From NCBI GenBank assembly GCA_937942355.1, contig CALDEW010000101.1, positions 1 to 39,849 of the forward strand: a stretch of DNA of 39,849 nucleotides. Direction: 5' to 3'. Source of the DNA: an uncultured Pirellulaceae bacterium. Its GTDB lineage: Bacteria > Planctomycetota > Planctomycetia > Pirellulales > Pirellulaceae. Made by a program: the position numbers and the translations under genes. The stretch's first letter is position 1. Each line of letters opens with the position of its first letter. Positions 28,744 to 37,823 of this stretch are shown here, one piece after another. Below the pieces are notes generated by a model. The model was not told the DNA's origin and ran no database searches. It saw only the letters and a list, made by a program, of their open reading frames with translations.

Positions 28744-28884
28744 GGCTCGCCTTTGGATTCCGATGAGACTGCCAGATCCGTAATTTGGGATTTCTTCCCA
28801 GCCGATATTTACGGGTCCTAAACATTTGCACTTCCACGCATTTACATCATACTAAATTCTTCATGAATGTTTGCTGGAGTTTGA

Positions 28885-29826
28885 ATGAAGCAAGTCCAAG
28901 AAGTTTCCAAGAAAATCATCAAAAATGTTGAACGGGTGATCGTTGGAAAGCGACAGTCGATCGTGTTTTCGCTGGTCAGCTGGTTCAGCCAAGGCCATTT
29001 CCTTTTAGAAGACGTTCCGGGGGTTGCGAAAACGATTTTGGCTCGCGCTCTTGCCGCCAGCGTCGGTTGTGAATTCAAGAGAATTCAGTGCACGCCCGAT
29101 CTTCTACCCAGCGACGTCACCGGGGCTTCTATTTTCAACCAAAAGACTGCGGAATTCGAGTTCCGTCCGGGGCCGCTGTTTTCCAACATTGCTTTGGCTG
29201 ATGAAATCAACCGAACCACGCCGCGCACGCAAGCCGCACTGTTAGAGGCGATGGCGGAAAGTTGTATCACCGTTGATGGAAAGACGCATCAGTTGGATGC
29301 GCCGTTCTTGGTCATCGCGACGCAAAATCCGGTCGACCATGAAGGAACCTTCCCGCTGCCAGAGGCTCAATTGGATCGTTTCATGATGAAGTTCTCTTTG
29401 GGTTATCCTACGATGGAGGACGAGCTAAATATTCTCCAACGGTTGCAACTGGAGCACCCGATCGACAAGCTGCAAGCGGTCGTCACCAAAGAACAAATCG
29501 TCCAATGCCAAAACGCCGTGCGCGGCGTTTTGGTCGACCCCAAAGTACAGCGCTATATCTTGCAGATCGTTCATCTTACTCGCCACCATAAACACTTGCA
29601 GCTGGGAGGCAGTCCGCGCGCTTCGATCGCGCTGTTTCGAACCTGCCAATCAATGGCAGCGATTCGAGGCCGGTCTTTTGTGACGCCTGATGATGTCAAG
29701 ATGGTTGCTGCGCCTGTACTGAACCACCGAATGATCCTCAAACCCGAAAGCCGACTGAGAAAGGTCACCACCGAACAAGTTGTCGCGCAAGTCGTCGGGG
29801 AAATTCCAGTACCGGTTATCGATTAA
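28885..29826 (+). CDS. MoxR-family AAA+ ATPase
   Basis: LLEDVPGVAKT (Walker A), RIQCTPDLLPSDVTG, LADEINR (Walker B), TQAALLEAM, ATQNPVDHEGTFPLPEAQLDRF, GGSPRAS. Confidence 0.95.
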   Translation: MKQVQEVSKKIIKNVERVIVGKRQSIVFSLVSWFSQGHFLLEDVPGVAKTILARALAASVGCEFKRIQCTPDLLPSDVTGASIFNQKTAEFEFRPGPLFSNIALADEINRTTPRTQAALLEAMAESCITVDGKTHQLDAPFLVIATQNPVDHEGTFPLPEAQLDRFMMKFSLGYPTMEDELNILQRLQLEHPIDKLQAVVTKEQIVQCQNAVRGVLVDPKVQRYILQIVHLTRHHKHLQLGGSPRASIALFRTCQSMAAIRGRSFVTPDDVKMVAAPVLNHRMILKPESRLRKVTTEQVVAQVVGEIPVPVID

Positions 29827-29962
29827 AGGAAACTGTGTTCCTCGTTTAACGATCAGCCGGCAGGCGACTTCGTTTGAATTACTAAACGTAGACGCCTACC
29901 GGCTAACTGTTAAACATCTTTTGTTCTCTTGCCGTTCGCTCAATCAATCCCAGCCAGTACGT

Positions 29963-31285
29963 ATGATTAAATTAGCCATCACCGCGATACTCCTGCTGAT
30001 GGTGGCGATGTTGTTGAATTTGAACCTTCTGGTCTACGCGATCTACTCCATTGTCGGCGTCTTGTTAATCTGCAGTTGGGTCACCTCGCGCTGGTCGCAA
30101 GACGTCACGGCAACGCGTCGCAAGATCCCACAACAAGTCGAAATCGGTGACGATGTTTCGGTCGCCGTCGATGTGGCTCATGTGGGGACGCTGCCCATCT
30201 CATGGATCTTGATCGATGACATGTTGGAGAAACGAGCCATTGTTTCCAAAGTTCCGGCAATCAAGGTCAATGGCGATAACATTGCAATTGACCAAATGGC
30301 ACCTGGGGCCGTTCATCAACTGCGCTACTCAATTAATTTCAAACGTCGCGGCTATTATCAGATCGGTCCGGTCGTAATCGAAACGGGCGATCTGCTGGGG
30401 CTCAACCGGCGTTTCAAAGTGCTGACCGAACCCGTTTACGTAACAGTGCTGCCTCAAGTCGCTGTTGTGGGACGGTACGATATTGCCTCGCGGCGTCCCA
30501 TCGGCGAAGTCGTGATGACGCATCGGCTGTTCGAAGATCCAACGCGCATCGCAGGAGTGCGGAAATACCAAAACGGAGATTCGTTGTCGCGCGTTCACTG
30601 GCGCGCTACCGCGCGGACAGGCACGCTGCAAAGCAAAGTCTTCGAACCTTCTACCTTGGCCGGAGCAACGATTGCTGTTGATTTTCATGTCGACGCATTT
30701 GATCCCGATCACGAACCGGTACGCAGCGAACTGGCCATCAAATGTGCCGCCAGTATTGCCGATACGTTGCAGCGCATGGGACAACAGGTGGGCTTGGTGT
30801 CAAACGCCACCGATGCGGCGGATCGAATTCGACTCCATGGATGGCGATCGGATGAACGAACGCGCGACGCCGCAAAACAGTCGGCGAAAATGGCCGACGG
30901 TAGCGATCGGCTCAACCCGGTCGTCGTACCGACGCGCAAAAGCCCCGAACAAATGGCTCATATTCTCAAGGCGCTGGCCCGCATGGAGCTTTCCAACGGG
31001 CTCGCGCTACCAGATTTGCTCTTCGAGACTCAGGCTCAAATTCCGCGCGATGCTACCGTGATTGCTATCGTTTCGAAGATCAAAATGGAGAATGCTGTGG
31101 CTTTGGGGGGACTGGTTCGGCAAGGGTACTCAGTCGAAGTGATTGTGAACTGTTTCTCTGAAGAAGAATTCTTGCAAACGTCGGGGCCTTTAATCAACCA
31201 AGGTGTCGCTTGCCGCCACCTAAAGGACGATTCTTCGATCATGACGATTTGTGAGAAACGTGCGGCAGCGCGACGAAACCCGTAG
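29963..31285 (+). CDS. DUF58 domain membrane protein (MoxR partner)
   Basis: Two N-terminal TM helices; RRGYYQIGP, GDLLGL, GVRKYQNGDSLSRVHWRATARTG; follows moxR; start at ATG 29963 preferred. Confidence 0.9.
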   Translation: MIKLAITAILLLMVAMLLNLNLLVYAIYSIVGVLLICSWVTSRWSQDVTATRRKIPQQVEIGDDVSVAVDVAHVGTLPISWILIDDMLEKRAIVSKVPAIKVNGDNIAIDQMAPGAVHQLRYSINFKRRGYYQIGPVVIETGDLLGLNRRFKVLTEPVYVTVLPQVAVVGRYDIASRRPIGEVVMTHRLFEDPTRIAGVRKYQNGDSLSRVHWRATARTGTLQSKVFEPSTLAGATIAVDFHVDAFDPDHEPVRSELAIKCAASIADTLQRMGQQVGLVSNATDAADRIRLHGWRSDERTRDAAKQSAKMADGSDRLNPVVVPTRKSPEQMAHILKALARMELSNGLALPDLLFETQAQIPRDATVIAIVSKIKMENAVALGGLVRQGYSVEVIVNCFSEEEFLQTSGPLINQGVACRHLKDDSSIMTICEKRAAARRNP

Positions 31286-31398
31286 GGTGGGCTTTGTTAG
31301 ATTCGGATTGACAGCAATAAATCAGACTCGTAGTCTCCGTCCAAGTGAGAGGTGTACATTTAGTACGCCGGCAAACCAAATAAATCATTGCGATCAAA

Positions 31399-32217
31399 AT
31401 GAAGCAACCGTTAACAGTGCTGGTCCCATGTAAAGACGAGAGTCAGAACATATGCGCTTGCATTGAGAGCTTCTACGAGATCGCTGATGAGATTCTGATT
31501 GCTGACTCTGGATCAACCGATAACACGCTCGAACTTGTCCGGCGGTACGACAAAGTGCGCGTTGTGGAGCGTGAGTATCGCACGTCCGGCGATTTCAAGA
31601 ACTGGGCGATTCCATTGGCGTCGCACGAATGGGTTTTGATCGTTGATGCGGACGAGCGGATCACGCCTGAATTGTGTCGCGAGATTGTCGATGAATTGAG
31701 TCGAGGCGCAGCGTTTGATGGTTATTGGATCTACCGCGACAATCACTTTATGGGCCACCGCTTGAATTATGGGGATGCTCGACGTGATGGAGTGATTCGA
31801 TTATTTCAACGTGATAAGGGACGCTATGAGGGCCCTAGCGATCATGGCGAAGTGAAGATCTCAACGGGCAAGGTCGGCCGATTGGAAAATCGAATGACGC
31901 ACTATTCTGTTTGGGACTACGATCAGCTGTTTGAAAAGTATCACCGCTACACGACATTGCAGGCTCATCAATGGTACGAGCAAGGGCGCGACACATCTTA
32001 TTTCAAATTGCTGGTTAGGCCCGCGTTCCGTTTCTTCCGCGAATTTATTTTGCAGGGAGCTATCTTGGACGGAAAAGCAGGTTTGCAAACGTCTTGGCTG
32101 GCGGCTTTCTATTGCTTCAGCAAACAAGCCCGACTCTGGGAGCTCAAGCACGGTAAGACTCAAGAAGAAATTGAGCCACAATCCGGCGGGAATCAAGAGA
32201 GACGCCGCGCTGCTTAG
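31399..32217 (+). CDS. Glycosyltransferase family 2 (WaaE/KdtX-like)
   Basis: LTVLVPCKDES, IADSGSTDNT, WVLIVDADE, GAILDGKAGL. Confidence 0.92.
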   Translation: MKQPLTVLVPCKDESQNICACIESFYEIADEILIADSGSTDNTLELVRRYDKVRVVEREYRTSGDFKNWAIPLASHEWVLIVDADERITPELCREIVDELSRGAAFDGYWIYRDNHFMGHRLNYGDARRDGVIRLFQRDKGRYEGPSDHGEVKISTGKVGRLENRMTHYSVWDYDQLFEKYHRYTTLQAHQWYEQGRDTSYFKLLVRPAFRFFREFILQGAILDGKAGLQTSWLAAFYCFSKQARLWELKHGKTQEEIEPQSGGNQERRRAA

Positions 32218-32317
32218 ACCAAATCGCGGGCGGACTGTATCGACGAAAAACCGAGCCGCGAATGTGACCGAATGATCGGTGCCTGCTGGGATGTGCTGTT
32301 GTGCTGGGAATGTGCTG

Positions 32318-32980
32318 TTACGCAGAGAATGTGCTGAGATACTCCTGACAGGAATCTTTCTTCAAATAACGCCATCCCCAAAAATAAAACGCGGCAAGGC
32401 TGAGCGCCATGACGACTCCAAGTGCAAGTCCGAAGTACATCGAGGCCATCATGATCGTTTCCATTGTTCCCTCCGCAGGGCCTCCTGCTTGGGGTCCGTT
32501 CGGTAATTGATCCAGCACTGTTTCTTTCATAATCTCAAAAACCTGGAATTGAAAAAAACTGGTCAAGACAGTTCGAATTAAGACAAAGATTGTTGCTGCG
32601 ATGAGGGCCCGGCTTAGAATTTTTTGCCCCCATCTTTTCTTGATCAGAACGCCAATGCCACCCATTAGCAGAAGCGGCGCAATGAAAAGATTGCAGATCG
32701 CAAGAAACATATTGGGAATGAAAAAGGAATTCTGTGCTTCGGCCATCTTGGCCTGCATTTCGTGCTGGCTGGGATCAGACATCTTCTTTTGGAACTCTGC
32801 AATTTGTTCCTGAGCCAGAAGGCTTCCCAATCCTATCACCGAACCGAATAAACCCAGCGCACCCAAAATGACGCAGAAGATACAAATCACCTTCAGGCCC
32901 CCCGGAGCTTTGTTGGCTGGGTATCCACCTGTAACAGTATGAGGATTGGGAATTGGTGCTTGGTACGGATTCTCTGACAC
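32318..32980 (-). CDS. Hypothetical four-TM membrane protein
   Basis: GTG start at 32980 after AAGGAG; begins SENPYQAP; four hydrophobic segments. Confidence 0.75.
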   Translation of the reverse strand: MSENPYQAPIPNPHTVTGGYPANKAPGGLKVICIFCVILGALGLFGSVIGLGSLLAQEQIAEFQKKMSDPSQHEMQAKMAEAQNSFFIPNMFLAICNLFIAPLLLMGGIGVLIKKRWGQKILSRALIAATIFVLIRTVLTSFFQFQVFEIMKETVLDQLPNGPQAGGPAEGTMETIMMASMYFGLALGVVMALSLAAFYFWGWRYLKKDSCQEYLSTFSA

Positions 32981-33214
32981 GAAATCGCTCCTTTGTACAG
33001 TTTTGTTTGTGCAACCAAAGTAAAAGTAGAATATGTGCCGCTGGAAATGGAAGCACCCGTAGAAAGACTCTTTCAGCAAAGAAGCAAGAGGAGCCAATTC
33101 TTTGTCTCTTGCCTGACTTTTTTTCGCCAGTTTGCGGCGGCCACGCAAATACCTAATAATGAATTCGTGAAATAAGGACAGCTCCTTATGCGACTTTTCT
33201 TACGGGGTAATGCC

Positions 33215-34666
33215 ATGCGTCGACGCGAATTCCTAAAAACGACCTCAACTGCCGCCGTCGCTACTTCGTTTCTCTCACTTTCAAAAGTTTCTTTCGGTGA
33301 CGACGTTCCCGAAACGTGCACGTGCCGAACTCATGCAACTCCAGCCGACGCGATGAAAGCGTCCGCCGAAACGATCGCTTATGTGCCTTGCATTCGTACC
33401 GGTACCGGAATCGACCTGCCAGATTATTTGGCCACGATCGACGTTGATCCGAAGTCACCCACATACGGCACGGTGTTGCACCGGTTGCCTATGCCCAACG
33501 TTGGGGACGAACTCCATCACTTTGGCTGGAACGCCTGTAGTAGCTGCCACGGCGTTGAAGGCAAGCATCGGCGTTTCATCGTGTTGCCCGGCATCGCCAG
33601 TAGCCGCATCCACATTATCGACACCTCGGACCCCAGAGCTCCGAAGATTCACAAAGTAATCGAAGGAGAAGACATCAAAAGCGCGACCGGACTCAGCGCT
33701 CCTCATACGGTTCACTGCTTGGCTGACGGCAACATTATGATTTCGATGTTGGGCAAGGCTGATGGCAGCGGGCCGGGTGGTTTCATGTTGTTGGACGATG
33801 AATTCAATATCGCCGGCCTGTGGACAGAAGACACCGGAGCCATGAAATTCAACTATGACTACTGGTACCAACCACGGCACAACGTGATGGTCAGCAGCGA
33901 ATGGGGAGCCCCCTCGACGGTGTCGCAGGGTTTTAATCCTGCCGATGTGGCGGCTGGTAAGTACGGACGCAACTTACACTTTTGGAATTGGACGGAGCGC
34001 AAGATCGAGCAAACGATTGACTTGGGGGAAACCGGTCAGATTCCTTTGGAAGTTCGTTTTCACCACAATCCTGACAGCACGCACGGTTTCGTTGGCGCGG
34101 CATTGTCTAGCACGATGTGGCATTTTTCTCACGATGACGCGCAAAAGAAATGGACTGCTGAACAGGTGATCGCGGTTGAGTCGATCGAGAAAGAAGGTTG
34201 GCCGTTCCCAGTGCCGGGGTTGATCACTGATTTAGTTCTGTCGATGGACGATCGGTTCCTCTACTTTTCGAACTGGCTTCACGGTGATTTGCGTCAGTAC
34301 GACGTCAGCGACCCCAGCAAACCAAAAATGACCGGTCAGGTTTGGCTTGGCGGTGTGCTTGGCAAAAAAACGCCAACAGTGAAAGGGAAAACGCTTGGTG
34401 GTGGTCCGCAGATGCTTCAACTGAGCCTTGACGGCAAACGTTTGTACGTGACCAACAGTCTGTATACGCCCTGGGATGAGCAATTTTATCCAGAGATGGC
34501 CAAGGCGGGATCCTATATGTTGCAGATTGACTGCGATACCGACACCGGCGGGTTGAAGTTGAACGAGAATTTCATGATAGATTTTGGCGCGGAACCCGAC
34601 GGTCCGGTCCGTGCTCATGAGATTCGTTTCCCCGGCGGCGATTGTACCAGCGATATCTGGGTTTGA
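33215..34666 (+). CDS. SBP56/SELENBP1-family protein (putative methanethiol oxidase) with Tat signal
   Basis: MRRREFLK twin-arginine leader; DYLATIDVDPKSPTY, DELHHFGWNACSSC, PHTVHC, YDYWYQPRHNVMVSSEW, PLEVRF, DDRFLYFSNWLHGDLRQYD, GGPQMLQLSLDGKRLY, GGDCTSDIW. Confidence 0.95.
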   Translation: MRRREFLKTTSTAAVATSFLSLSKVSFGDDVPETCTCRTHATPADAMKASAETIAYVPCIRTGTGIDLPDYLATIDVDPKSPTYGTVLHRLPMPNVGDELHHFGWNACSSCHGVEGKHRRFIVLPGIASSRIHIIDTSDPRAPKIHKVIEGEDIKSATGLSAPHTVHCLADGNIMISMLGKADGSGPGGFMLLDDEFNIAGLWTEDTGAMKFNYDYWYQPRHNVMVSSEWGAPSTVSQGFNPADVAAGKYGRNLHFWNWTERKIEQTIDLGETGQIPLEVRFHHNPDSTHGFVGAALSSTMWHFSHDDAQKKWTAEQVIAVESIEKEGWPFPVPGLITDLVLSMDDRFLYFSNWLHGDLRQYDVSDPSKPKMTGQVWLGGVLGKKTPTVKGKTLGGGPQMLQLSLDGKRLYVTNSLYTPWDEQFYPEMAKAGSYMLQIDCDTDTGGLKLNENFMIDFGAEPDGPVRAHEIRFPGGDCTSDIWV

Positions 34667-34877
34667 GTTTTTGCGAGGATTTCCCACAAATGTTGGTTGC
34701 CGCATGAGTTCTGGTTGAGTTCTGGCTGGGTGAACCAAAAACGCTTTGCCTTTCTCTGAGAGATGCGTACAATCTGTTAGCGATAGGACATTCAATCCCT
34801 CATAACATTCAATACACATGCGGCTCAAAGCTCTTTGGCCCGTGCGTTGAATATTACTCTTCATTTTGGGAATTGCG

Positions 34878-35648
34878 ATGAAGATTCACCCACCAACCGA
34901 CATTGTCATTATTGACGAACCGGAGACCTGCCCTTATTTACCTGGTCAAGTCGCTCGGATGCCGTTGCGGATGCCGTTACGAAAAATTGGACTCAACGAA
35001 ACCGATCTGCGGTTAGCCCAAGGGCATCGTCGCACAGGTGAATTTGTCTACCAGACCAACTGCGCCAACTGCCAGCAATGCCAAGCGATTCGTATCGCCG
35101 TTGAGGACTATGAATTCAGCGCCAACCAGCGGCGGGTACTCAATAAGGGAAATCGGCTTTACAAGCAGCGGATGAATGATTTGCTGGGAGACGATCAACG
35201 GGTGGCGTTGTTTAACTTGCATCGTAAACAACGCGGCCTTTCCAAAAACGATACCGAAATCGACCTCGATGAATATCTTTGGGGGTTTGTGAAGAGCTGT
35301 TTTCGATCTTTCGAAATCACTTACTGGACCGACGAAGAACTGAAATGCGTTGCGATCTGCGATCTGGGCGCGTCATCCATGTCCGCCGTCTACACATTCT
35401 ACGATCCGTTTCTCAAAGGCGATTCGATCGGGACTTATTCGATCTTAAAGCAGATTGAATTTTGCAAGCAGCAAAAGATCAAGCACTTGTATCTTGGTTA
35501 CTTCGTGCAAGATTGCTCCCACATGGTTTACAAATCACGTTTCACGCCGCACGAACGTTTGGTCGACGGGCAATGGGTTCTCTTTGAGCGCCCGGAAAAA
35601 AGCGAACGCAAACGCAGCGTTACGACTCAACCATGCGGTAATGTATGA
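34878..35648 (+). CDS. bpt: Bacterial ATE/Bpt-family aminoacyl-tRNA--protein transferase
   Basis: CPYLPG, GHRRTGEFVY..NCANCQQC, SAVYTFYDP, SIGTYSILKQI, LYLGYFV...MVYKSRF. Confidence 0.9.
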   Translation: MKIHPPTDIVIIDEPETCPYLPGQVARMPLRMPLRKIGLNETDLRLAQGHRRTGEFVYQTNCANCQQCQAIRIAVEDYEFSANQRRVLNKGNRLYKQRMNDLLGDDQRVALFNLHRKQRGLSKNDTEIDLDEYLWGFVKSCFRSFEITYWTDEELKCVAICDLGASSMSAVYTFYDPFLKGDSIGTYSILKQIEFCKQQKIKHLYLGYFVQDCSHMVYKSRFTPHERLVDGQWVLFERPEKSERKRSVTTQPCGNV

Positions 35649-35747
35649 GGCCACGATCCGGAAGCTCCATCGATCCGGAAGCTCCATTAAACGCATAGGT
35701 CTCACGCTCAGGCTTCAAGTATAGGACTCGTTGCCTCATCCACTACC
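35637..35747. repeat. REPIN-like element, copy 3 (inverted, with an internal 17-bp duplication)
   Basis: Right arm 35724-35747 is the exact reverse complement of the copy 1 left arm; degenerate left arm GGTAATGTATGAGGCCACGATCC; shared CATTAAACG spacer word; CGATCCGGAAGCTCCAT duplicated at 35654-35687. Confidence 0.8.
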
Positions 35748-37823
35748 TTCAACCGCCGCTTTTCCCACCAGCATCACCGGGAAGAGTTTGGATTGTTCGG
35801 TTGGTTCTGACAGGCTGATGACACCGGCTTTCCATCTGCCGTCGCGCGCCGTTTCTGTTTTGATCCTCAGCAGTTTTTCTTTGCATGTGTTCCATTGTGA
35901 AGCATTGAGGATGCGAAATTCCGATTCCACACCGGTCGCGACTTTCCTGGAAAGCTCAAGTGCTATGTGACCCATTGTCATGCGCGGGTTCAGTTCAACC
36001 AAGGGTTTGATTTCAAAACTGTCAGAAGTTTCTGCCGAACCACGACAAACCAATGCATCAACGCCGAAGTAACCGGCAAACTTTCGTTCTTTCAATGCGT
36101 TGGTTAATCGAGGCTCCAACCAGTGCTGCACCGCATGAATCTTTTCGGCGCGATCGGCCAATAGAAAACGTTTGAGCGCCGGATCGCAGTCTCCAAACAC
36201 ATTACCGAATTTGGTTCCTTGATAACGGCGACCCTCGGCGACCAACGGCCGCGTCCAACCTAAAAACGTAGGGTGGGCGTCTGTGGATTCCCACCGCCAC
36301 AAAAACGAAAGGTCGGCGACGCGGTCGAGTCTCGGTTCAACCACAACGATTGCCTGATCGGCAACCAGCAGAGTTTCGATGTAATTTCTATCGTTAGCAG
36401 AAAGAGGTTGCCGACAATCAACTTGTCGTTGGTGTCTCCCAGATGCCGCTAGGTCTTTCTTGACTAGGGCCGCCGGGTATCCGCGCTCTCGAATCGCATT
36501 GATCGCTTCATCGACTTGGGCCATGCTGCGTGCTATATGGCTGCGGCATCGCGCGTCGGTAAACGACGGCGGTACATCGCCTTCCTCCAACCAGTCTCTA
36601 AGGCTTTCCGCGGCAAAGGATTTTCGAAACAGATCAATTTGATTGTCTTGCCATTGAGGCGGCGGCGATTGTACCGAACGCGAAATTGAATCAGCAATAC
36701 TATGACTGGTCGGCGTCCAAGCCCACGGGGCATATCCACCAAGCTTTCGGTTCTGCAGATCGGCGCGATTCTCAAATGGAACGAACTGCGGCAACTCCAA
36801 TCCGGCATCAATGATCTGCTTTCGCCAGCGCTGTGAAGGAGCGGTCTGAGCCAGAACGATGTCGTCTTCTTTGGCCATAACAACCATGACCAATTCGAGG
36901 TCGCGGTGCAGTTGGTCCGTCAGGCTCTTTTCCTTTAGCTTTTGCGAATCTTCAGCCGCGAGTTCATTTTCGGCTGCGGGGTCAAACCAGTAGACCGTCG
37001 GGGGCCGACCGCGCGACTGCCGGTACACTTCAATCGCGTCGATGAATTCATCTGTTAGGCCCGCTTGTGATCGTCCGGCGCGGTTAAAGTTGGCGCGTGG
37101 CCCACGACCGCGTTGAGGCGACATCGGGAAATCAAGTGATGATTCGTAGGCTTCCCAGTCGGTCTGCTGTGGGTCCTTCCATTGCCGGAACCAATGTAGC
37201 CCGTGTTGCACATGGCCGATTTCGTCTGTGTATATCTTGTGTAAAATTTTGGCCGTGTCGGTGTCGCCGATCCGGTCAAATACCGATGCGAAGTGAAGAC
37301 TGTAATCCAGATTCGCCTGCTCGAACGTCAGGCTCAGTCGCGACACAAAATCCATGGGCGATTGCATCGGTTCAATCAAACGCCAAAACTGGCCACTGAC
37401 GGGATAGCTGCCAAATTCAACGCCGCACTCCGCCATGCGATCAAGATACATTTGCGTGTGGGCTTGTTCTTCTTGCAGCGTTACCAAAACGCCGCGTCTA
37501 AATGCCGAAGGAGCATCGGGGAATTTAAGCAGCACCAACGCCATCAATTCGGTGGCCAGCAGTTCATGGTTGGCCAGGAAGTGCAGCAGTTGCCCGCGCG
37601 ACTTTTCGTTTTCCAGTTGGTCATCACTGGGAGGCTGCGAACCGCCCTGCCCTTTGCTCATCTCTAAACCGTAAGGCCGGCCGGGCGTGATGCTGGCGAT
37701 TGATTTGGCCGACAGGCGTTTTGAGTCGCGATTGGAATCGTTGGTCAGTTTGTCCGGACGCTGAAGTTTTTCTTCCAGCGTCGTTCCAAAAACAATCTGT
37801 TCAGCGAATTCTGTGATATTCAT
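35736..37823 (-). CDS. DUF455 ferritin-like di-iron domain fused to an ATP-grasp-like domain
   Basis: N-half has HFLANHELLA, QEEQAH, FEQANLD and DEIGH; C-half has PWAW, LVKKDLAASGR, VVVEPRL and GYFGVDAL...VELNPRMTMG. Confidence 0.82.
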   Translation of the reverse strand: MNITEFAEQIVFGTTLEEKLQRPDKLTNDSNRDSKRLSAKSIASITPGRPYGLEMSKGQGGSQPPSDDQLENEKSRGQLLHFLANHELLATELMALVLLKFPDAPSAFRRGVLVTLQEEQAHTQMYLDRMAECGVEFGSYPVSGQFWRLIEPMQSPMDFVSRLSLTFEQANLDYSLHFASVFDRIGDTDTAKILHKIYTDEIGHVQHGLHWFRQWKDPQQTDWEAYESSLDFPMSPQRGRGPRANFNRAGRSQAGLTDEFIDAIEVYRQSRGRPPTVYWFDPAAENELAAEDSQKLKEKSLTDQLHRDLELVMVVMAKEDDIVLAQTAPSQRWRKQIIDAGLELPQFVPFENRADLQNRKLGGYAPWAWTPTSHSIADSISRSVQSPPPQWQDNQIDLFRKSFAAESLRDWLEEGDVPPSFTDARCRSHIARSMAQVDEAINAIRERGYPAALVKKDLAASGRHQRQVDCRQPLSANDRNYIETLLVADQAIVVVEPRLDRVADLSFLWRWESTDAHPTFLGWTRPLVAEGRRYQGTKFGNVFGDCDPALKRFLLADRAEKIHAVQHWLEPRLTNALKERKFAGYFGVDALVCRGSAETSDSFEIKPLVELNPRMTMGHIALELSRKVATGVESEFRILNASQWNTCKEKLLRIKTETARDGRWKAGVISLSEPTEQSKLFPVMLVGKAAVEGSG

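Noticed and set aside
28781-28808. TAAT-N16-GCCGATAT sigma28-like promoter before moxR
   Set aside because: Weak -35 and off-consensus spacing; a single short match can arise by chance
31282-31292. GTAGGGTGGGC, a REP-like word overlapping the DUF58 stop codon
   Set aside because: No palindromic partner or second arm is visible; at most a relic
34232-34864. 210-aa ORF on the minus strand
   Set aside because: Mostly antisense to the SBP56 gene and without motifs
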